The notes under the pieces were generated by a model that was not told the DNA's origin, did no database searches, and worked only from the letters and a program-made list of their open reading frames with translations. The translations under genes and the position numbers were made by a program. DNA of 32,392 nt from Conidiobolus incongruus B7586 (Eukaryota), in NCBI GenBank assembly GCA_000697335.1, contig JNEM01013405.1, positions 1 through 32,392 on the forward strand, given 5' to 3'. Position 1 is the stretch's first letter; the number at the start of each line of letters is the position of its first letter. This document shows positions 23,937 to 32,392 of the stretch, in pieces.

Positions 23937-26655
23937 TTTGATATGTTAGTAAATTAAAAGATGATTTTAAAATAAAACTGAATGAAAATGCACTATTTAA
24001 ATTACTATTCAAATTTAATATACTTGATGGTGCTGAATCTCAAATAAACATGTTAAACTCACTTCATTGAGTGATTATGGGACTTGAGTTTCTCTTAATA
24101 ACAAATGATTATCTATGATTTAATTAAATTGGAAATTGTTGTTGATTGTTTTTTATATTTAGTCAATTATAGTCAATGATTTAGCCTAAAATTGATTCCT
24201 TAATTAATACTATTAATTCTATTTTACTTGTAATAAAGTAGTAGTCATTATCGCAATATACTTACTAATCGAATATAGTATATTACCTCAAATCATTCCA
24301 TTCAAAATGTAACACAAAGTTTTAAATCCTGGTCATTTACTCTCTAAATTTAACTTTTAAAAAATTATTACGTATGCAAAAATATTCAACTAAAGTTTAG
24401 GAATTCATTTTTATGCAATGAGAATTTTTTTATAAAATTTCCCAATATTTATCAATATCCAATCACTTTTAATGTTTTATTGACAGTTTTGTGGTGTATC
24501 AAGTCAATAAAATTCGAGTTCAATAATTTAGTTCCGAATCCATTCATAGCTAAGAAAAACCAAGGTTTTATGGTCTTTCATCAAATTACAAATGTTGGCA
24601 ATTATATCTTGGAATACTAATATATTAGCATCATAATTATAGGGAATATATAATTATGGATATTTGTTATATATTAGAATATATTGGCTATTTTTAATAA
24701 ACGTAAATTAATTTGAGTAAATTTTATCTAGACTAGCCATTTTACCAAGTCTATAATATTTGGGTTTAAAAATTCAGAGTATATTTTGAGTAGATGAGTT
24801 ATATCTCGAATTGTATATCATTACAAATTAAGATATTTAGAGATTAAATTTTCTCTCGTTTAAGTAATATCTCAGGATATTTTCTATTACAGATATATAT
24901 TGCTTCTTACTATTGTTCATTAATCAAATACACATTTTTTAGGAAATAGGTGATTAATTGAAATCCTAGGACACTGCCGAATAAATTATGATTAGTTTGA
25001 TAGTTAAAATTAAAAAAATAATTTAAATGTAATTATTTTATTATAAATAGTATTAATGTTAAAATCAATCTTTGATACCGTATTAAAGTTTTAATTATAA
25101 CGGATAAGCTCTTTGTATTTATTAAATATACGTGTCAACGTTAAGTTCACAAAATTTTGATATTTTATTAACAATTTCATTTTTCATATCATAAAGTTAG
25201 TCTTCTGTTATTTGATAAATTTATAAAATGTTCATTCACTATAAACTCAATTTAATATTGAAAACTTGAAAAGATGTAATTTCAAATTTTAAAACTATTC
25301 ATTTTCCGCTTATGTATTATTTATGAACTTTTATTTAGCAACATAATAACTTAGTATAAATCATGAAATTAAATTTTAATTATGTTTTTTGATTATATGC
25401 TTTAATAATAGCTATTTAATTCTATTATATACATCCTTCTCTTCATATATGAAAAATCAATCATTTCAAAACTTAAATATCAATATAAAATAATTTTTTA
25501 ACTTAAAAACATTTTAAAAATTAATAAAAAAAATATAATGTTGCTTTCTTATCCTAAATATGAAAATTGTGCTTTATTGCAAAGTTTTCATAAGTTTTAA
25601 AATATATATCAATTTGTATTGTAATAACAAGGAATTGGTTATTTTAGGATATATCTAAATGAATTTCTGTATATCACTTATTACTACATTCCACACTGTT
25701 ATTCTATTAACAATATATAAGGATCTAGATTTAACAAATGAAATAACTGTTGTTAAATTATTATATATTAAACTATTATATAAATTAAATTTGATAAACT
25801 ATAATTGTCAAATAGCAAATTTAATTTTTTATCAATAATTTTGCTACAAATAATGTTTGAAATATTGGTTATATCAAGAATTAGTGTGAATATCTTGGAC
25901 ATCTTATTAAAACATATTCCACTCTTGGTTTGATATTTTATATATTATTCAAGTTAAACTATATGATTTATTAATATTGAAGTTCTTATTGGGCAATCAA
26001 TTTCGATGATATTATGAATATATTGAATCATCGAAAAAAAAGTTAATAAAATTAACAGATTTCATCTTATATTCAAATTGGTATATTTAACTTGATATAT
26101 TAAATCAAAATTATTTTATAATTAATATATATATATATTTGATGTAAAATATAGATTTTCAATATCAAAAATGAAATAATATTAATAGTATAAATTTATT
26201 AGAGTTTTTGATTTTAAAATTGATTTAACAATTAATAATACAAAATCATCAGATAAAACACTACCATTTAAAATGTGCAATATCTATTAATTATCAGTTG
26301 TATAAGGTGAATCAGTGTATATTTAGCTTAGTTTTTATTAGTACTTGAATTTTGATATTAATCTTATATTTAAATGTGTTTTTCAAATAAACAGTTAGTG
26401 TAAAATATATTAAATATAATTTGGAATAACTATTTATATTGATTAATAAAGCTGAAAATGTTTGTAAAAATTAGAATATAATATTATCAAAATAATTATA
26501 TAAACAATATTTAAAAAGAAAATTTAATAATTGGTTAAATCAATTAAGATATTTTATTATACTCATAAATTCTGATAAAATAGTAATAATCCAAGATTAA
26601 TATAAAATAATGATTAAAATATTGAGTATGCTAGTTTTATGCAATATTATAATTT

Positions 26656-28921
26656 TCAACTCTCATAAATATGCTTGCGATTGAATCTTCCACATTTCAG
26701 ACAAGTAGTGCGGTTAGCAAAGTTGTGGTAGCGGCAAGAATCATCTCGGCAGATCCAATCACCAGCCATGATTTTATGTGACATAGAAGTGCCAGAATCG
26801 CGATCATAGTTATTGTCACGGTTATTATAGCTGGGTCCACGACTGCTATAACTTGAAGTCCTGTCTGAATAACTGCTGTTATTTCTATCATTATATTGAT
26901 TATCATATCTATCGTAGTTGGAGGGTCTACGAGGTTGATAGTCGTCACAACGCTCAGGCGGTGGATGGTAGCTATCGTAGCCACGATAAGGACGGTTATT
27001 GTAGCCGTTATATTGGTTATAGTTGCCACGATTGTTGTAATCTCGATTACTATTCATGCTGGGATACATACCAGGGCAGGTGCTTCGACGATTATAGGAA
27101 GGGTTATTGCTGCTGTTGTTGCTGAAAGGAACCCCACTACCGCACTGAAAGCATCGATCTCTATGAGCAAAGTTATGTGCTTTACAGCCGCCACAAATCC
27201 AGTCTCCAGGCTTAATCGGCTGATTAGTACGATAATTCCTCTTATTTTCGTTCTCAGTTCTATAGCTAGAATAGTAAGAGAACTCAGTACGAGGTCTAGC
27301 AGGCTCGCCGCATTTCAAACAAGAAGTGCGGTTAGCAAAGTTTTGAAAGTTGCAAGATCTGTTGAGGCAGAACCAGTCTCCAGCCCTAATATTCTGATGA
27401 GTGGAGCCATTATTGCTTACACTACGAGCAACAACTGCGGGAACCTCTTCAGCATTGTCAGGTTTGGGCTCATGACAACCCAGACAAGTAGTACGGAAAG
27501 AAAAATTGTGGGTTCTACATCTGGTGTTTTGACAAATCCAGTCACCTCTTATTATTCTTTGTTTTGAAAGTTCCGAGCGGTATGTTGGGCTTCTGCTTCT
27601 AGAGTAATCATGAGGGGAAGCAGGTCTATGAGGTTCCAAAATCCTGAGCGACGAGTCGATAAAATCTCCGAAAGAAGTAGAAACTTCAATTTTGAAGTTT
27701 TCAAACTTAGAACCATGAAGGTTCAAGGCCTTAAGAGCTTCAGAGTGGCTCTTCATGGTAACTAACAGTATTCCAGGACAGATTGAATCAGAAAGTGATT
27801 TAGGAATCATGGCTTGATCTAATTTTAATTCAGATAATTGAAGAATTTCATCAATGTCAGAATATTGAACAGGGGATGGTAATCCAGTGACGAGGATATT
27901 TCGAGATTCATTCTGAGTAAACACATCATAGCTGACAGTGCGATCTTTGACAGAATCAAATAAGGCATTGGGAAGACTAGTCTCATTGACAATTAATGTC
28001 AGATAGTCAAGTATTTTTCTGCATCGCTCCATTGCAGATATATCTTCTTCTCCAATTTCTGATATGATACGCTTAGTTTTTGCTGAGAGTGCAGAGGCTT
28101 GAGCAGGAGTGGGCTGTGATTGAGGCTCCAAATGATATGGACCTTCTTGATGGACATCAAAGTATTTGCAGGTGCTGAAAAAACTAGGTAATCTCAAACT
28201 GTGCTCCATTTTCTCCATAAATAATTTGACCTTGAAAGAATGGGTCCCAGCAGTAACCAAGCAAGTTTCTTCCAAATCTGGAAAGACTTGATATACTTCT
28301 GTCTCAAACTGATCCAAAGCTTCCTGCAAACTCATTGAAGGACTTAAATCTTCCGAAGGGTCGCTTTCAGAACGTTTAACCAACTCCATTAGTTTTGCCG
28401 AACGGGGTCTAATAAAAACGTGACGATTTTGAACAGGTTCCAAAGTGTGACGATCCAATAACATCCAAGCCATCTCATAGAATTCAGGAGTTGTCTAAGC
28501 AGATACATGAATATTAATATCAATAAAATCCTCTTTAAAGCACTTTATAATAATAATGACAAATTATGACAGAAGGCAATTCGAAAGAAGAAGCTGGTGA
28601 AAGTAATTGGCGGTAGTCACCACCTCCGCAATAAAACTTGTTTACAAACATAAGCCACCCCCCAAATCTAACCTAACCTTAACCTATAGGGATTGAAAAA
28701 TTGGATATTTCACCAGCTTCTCCTAACGTTTAAAGCCAACCTAAAGCCAACCAAAAAACCAACAACAAATATATCAACATAACATAAAATTATTTCAAAA
28801 CCAAGCAGCCAATGAATGTATTAAAAATAAATAAATTACTAACCCCAACCTGTTCCGAATTCAAATTCGAGTCAATTCCAACCATTCTATCTGATACCAA
28901 GATAAGATTTTTCACAACCAT
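26656..28921 (-). CDS. NRP1/ARP-like RNA-binding protein: degenerate exonuclease-like N-terminus, RRM, four RanBP2-type zinc fingers, N/Y/R/S-rich low-complexity region; 2 exons
   Basis: Exon 28921-28844 (GTTAGT donor; alternative donor after 28850) joins exon 28494-26656 in frame. Four GDWxC-x2/4-C-x3-NF-xx-R-xx-C-xx-C motifs; RRM-like ILVTGLP...LLVTMKSHSEALKALNLHG. Confidence 0.85.
28586..28724 (-). promoter_or_regulatory. Intronic stem (14-bp perfect inverted repeat) overlapping a putative stop-containing cassette exon 28722-28684
   Basis: AGAAGCTGGTGAAA (28589-28602) is the exact reverse complement of TTTCACCAGCTTCT (28708-28721). The cassette is bounded by TTAG| and |GTTAAG/GTTAGG/GTTAGA. 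Confidence 0.5.
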
Positions 28922-29742
28922 TTCGCTCACACAATTTTCAGTCTCCTTTAATTAAATCTCAATATAATGTTCCAATTGTATGAAGTTTAAAAAGTTGACC
29001 TAAAACTAAACACCAATAAGTATTTTATGAATACCAATTGAATATTTCACAGGTATTAAACTCAAAAAAATGAAGATTGAACAATTAGTTAAGTACTTAA
29101 TCTTTCAATTATTATCTGATAATGAATACTTGAACAATAAACTTAAAATCTATTAAAATTTCAATATAATTATCTTTTTCTAATATCGTATCCCACGAAT
29201 AATGAGTAAATAAACTAATTCTGAATATTGATTCATCCAATGAAACCGATTGATAGTTTGTTGGAAATGAATGGTTGGTTAATTCAATTAGGTTTAGGTA
29301 AAAATATTTGTTAATAACCAATCAAATTCAATTTATTGATTAAAATGACTAATTGAATGAATTTAATATATTGTTTAGTTATGAAAGAATAATTTTTATG
29401 ACGTTGAATTTTTCAATTGAAATTTTTAAATTCTAACAAAAATATCCCATTAATTATTAATATTAGTTTATAATAAATTGAATTAAATTGATATTAACCA
29501 AATATTATAATTTTCTTATTATTTCGGTATTTATAAATTTATTAATACATTTTTATCACATATATTTAATTATTGAAAGAAAAATATTTTTAACACTAAT
29601 TTTAAGTTTAAAAGTTATAATATCAAACTCAAATAATTTTATTTAATTTTATTCATCTTTTATATAATCTTTTAATTTAAATATTAATATTTTATATTAT
29701 TTAGAACTTTTCAATTTAATAATAAGTAAAAAATAAATAAAA

Positions 29743-31595
29743 ATGGTAATCAAAATTTTGCAAAAATAAAATTTTATTCTATTTTATTCCTTCTGATTAA
29801 ATATGTTTTATTGTTATTATTATTATAATATATATTCTAAATTTATTCTAATCATAGGTTGTTCTCGCCGCATCTCTCTGCACAGCTAGTGGCAAAGGTA
29901 TATATTTCAAAGTATTCTAGATGTCCATTTGACTAACCTTTGATACAGTACTCATTTCAAGACAATTTGTTGATGTACCTAGAACACGTATTGAAGGATT
30001 ACTTTCTGCATTTCCCAAATTGACCGATGTAGGTTCCCAACATACCACTATTGAAACTGAAAATATCAGATATGTCTATCAACCTATGGACCATTTATTC
30101 TTAATTCTAATTACTAACCGACAATCTAATATTCTTCAAGATTTGGATACTTTGAGATTGTTGGGACGTGTCGTTACTGAAATCTGTCACTCTACTGATG
30201 AGGATAGAGTTTTAGAGAATAGTTTCGAACTTTTAAGTGCTTTTGACGAAGTGATCCAATTTGGTTATAGAGACTCTGTCACTTTATCTCAGATTAAGAC
30301 TATTATCGAGATGGAAAGTCATGAAGAAAGAATTCAAGAAATTATTGCCAGAGTAAATACAGTTATTAGAATATATAAGAATGAATGGAATTAACTTTAA
30401 ATTCATAGAATAAGGAGAAGGAAGCTAAGGATCGTATGAAAGAAAAAGTTCGTGAATTTGAGGAATCTAGAAAGCGTGCTGCTCGTCAAGGCGGCTCTGG
30501 AAGCATGGGATCCAAGTATCAGCCTGGATTTGCTTCTATTCCTCCCTCTGAACCCAAATTTTCCACTACGAATGAACCTGCTTATGAATCGCCCAAGCAA
30601 TCAGCCCCTACCAATGCTTTGGGAAGTGGAAGTGGTATGAAGTTAGGTGTCAAGAAGAAGACCACAGAATTCATGGATAAATTGATGCAGGAGACTGGTA
30701 TTGTCGAATCTACATCTCCCGTCCATGATCAAGGACCTGAAGAGCTTCCCGAAGAAGAGCAAGAGGGAATTCACTTGCAACTCCGTGAGCACTTGGCTTG
30801 TCAAGTCAGTAGAGATGGCGGTGTCGAATCTCTTGATCTCAAGGGTGAATTGACTCTCAAGGTGAACAACGCTAGTCAAACTAAAATTAGAGTCCCTCTT
30901 TCATTCGACTCCTATCTTAGTTACCAATTCAAGACACATCCCAATATTGACAAACAAAAATTCAACGAAGAGAGTGTACTCCAACTCAAAGATGTGTCTC
31001 GTAGCTTCCCTGTTGGAACTGGTCTCGGTGTTCTTAAGTGGAGAATCAATTCAAAACAAGACAAATTGGTTCCATTCTCAGTCAACTGCTGGCCTAATGT
31101 TGTAGATGACCACTGTGAAGTTAATTTAGAAGTTGAATTAGAAAACAAGGAATTAGAACTCAATAATGTTATTATCGAAATTCCTGTTCCGTAAGTTTAA
31201 CTCTTAATTACTATTATCATCATTTTTAATTTCTTTCTTACATTTAGTCATGACTCCGAACCTACTGTTGGTGAAATCGAAGGCAACTATGAAATTGATT
31301 ATCAAAACTCTGTACTCGTCTGGGAAATTCCTGTACTTGATGCCTCTAGTCCAAGTGCCAACCTTGAGTTCAAGGCCCCCACAGATGATGCAGACACCTT
31401 CTTCCCCATCCAAATCGGATTTGAGTGCCATCAACCCTACTCAGGCATTAAGGTAAAAACCAACCATAATGGTATACTAAATTTTTTACTGATCAATTTT
31501 TCTAGATTTCTGAAGTGTTCGACACTCAAACTGACGAAAGTTACCCATTCTCGCATCAATCCTCTCTTACTGTAGAAGAATTCAGTATTGTTTAG
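29743..31595 (+). CDS. RET2: Coatomer subunit delta (delta-COP/archain), 6 exons
   Basis: Exons 29743-29745, 29858-29897, 29949-30352, 30409-31190, 31248-31452, 31506-31595: MVVLAASLCTASGKVLISRQF...RIEGLLSAFPKL...RYVYQP...SNILQDLDTL...MESHEERIQ...FKTHPNIDK...VNCWP. Confidence 0.97.
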
Positions 31596-32392
31596 TTACA
31601 TTTCAAATATCCAAAAAATTTTATAATTACTTATTCATATTTTTAATAATTTATATATTTTAATTTTTTAAGAGCTTTGATTTTTTTAACATTAATTTTC
31701 ATTAAGAGATTTTTAAAATCAATTATATTTTATTAATTAATCACATAACTTCTGATTTTAATTACGTTGAGAGTAATCTTTTTTAATATGCAAATGAATA
31801 TGATATAAATATATTTATATATAATGATTTATTAAATTGGTAGATTCAAATTTTAAATTATAGATCGTAATAAAATTATACCTTAATCAATATAATAGGT
31901 CCCACCTTGCTATTCTAGCTACTATTACCTAAATTTTAATAAATAGGCCTAATTATCTTATATATATCTAATATTTATTAATTTTTTTACAAAATATAAT
32001 CCTATCTTATTCAATTTTGAATTTTTTTAGATTCTTTTTTTTCACAAATAATAATAATAATTATAAGTCAATTAAAATATTTATTGAAAAACTCTTAAAT
32101 CATTTAATATATTTTATATTTCTATATTATTTTCAAAACTATAAATTATTTGTTAAATCTAAGAATGGACATAAAGTGATTTATATCAATAAATTCATAA
32201 TAATTATTTTTTTAAAATGATTTCATTAATTATAACCATTATAAATTAATATATTTCGTTATTTATTAAATAATTAATTTAATATTTTTAGATTTTGTCT
32301 TTGTTAAGAAACTAGATCTTTAAATTCTTATATATAATTTTATATTTATATTATTAAATAATTAATTTATATATTTTAATTTAATTTAAATT

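Noticed and set aside
26697..27567. Overlapping ORFs of 110, 90 and 223 aa
   Set aside because: Antisense or alternative-frame shadows of the low-complexity part of the zinc-finger gene.
28668..28685. CTAACCTAACCTTAACC as a telomeric repeat
   Set aside because: Only three imperfect units inside an intron; better read as tandem AG|GUU donor or GGU motifs.
30403..31456. Several short ORFs overlapping delta-COP
   Set aside because: Shadow or wrong-frame reads; the spliced delta-COP model explains the sequence.

Overview
This is a very AT-rich eukaryotic genomic window with compact genes and mostly ~45-65 nt GT-AG introns (CTAAC/YTAAT branch points). It is most likely from an early-diverging fungus; that assignment is an inference. 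Spliced by hand, it holds mainly housekeeping genes: cyclin H, a small Rieske [2Fe-2S] protein, ubiquitin-RPL40 and RPS24 (divergent pair), a TspO/MBR protein, BUD32, a FANCE-like protein, ELP3, cofilin, an NRP1/ARP-like RRM + 4x RanBP2-zinc-finger protein and delta-COP. It also has tRNA-Ser(AGA), two identical tRNA-Phe(GAA) genes and a probable 73-aa microprotein. No transposon or CRISPR-Cas system is visible. Four signals are not explained by these genes. (1) An array of five ~55-bp bipartite repeats at ~290-bp period with unrelated spacers lies between the two ribosomal protein genes. (2) The GGU-rich long intron of the RanBP2-ZnF gene carries a stop-containing cassette exon whose acceptor is buried in a 14-17 bp stem, a candidate autoregulatory poison exon. 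(3) A GC-richer, hairpin-rich, apparently spliced non-coding island sits upstream of cyclin H. (4) A cofilin intron swallows the canonical ATG and Ser3.
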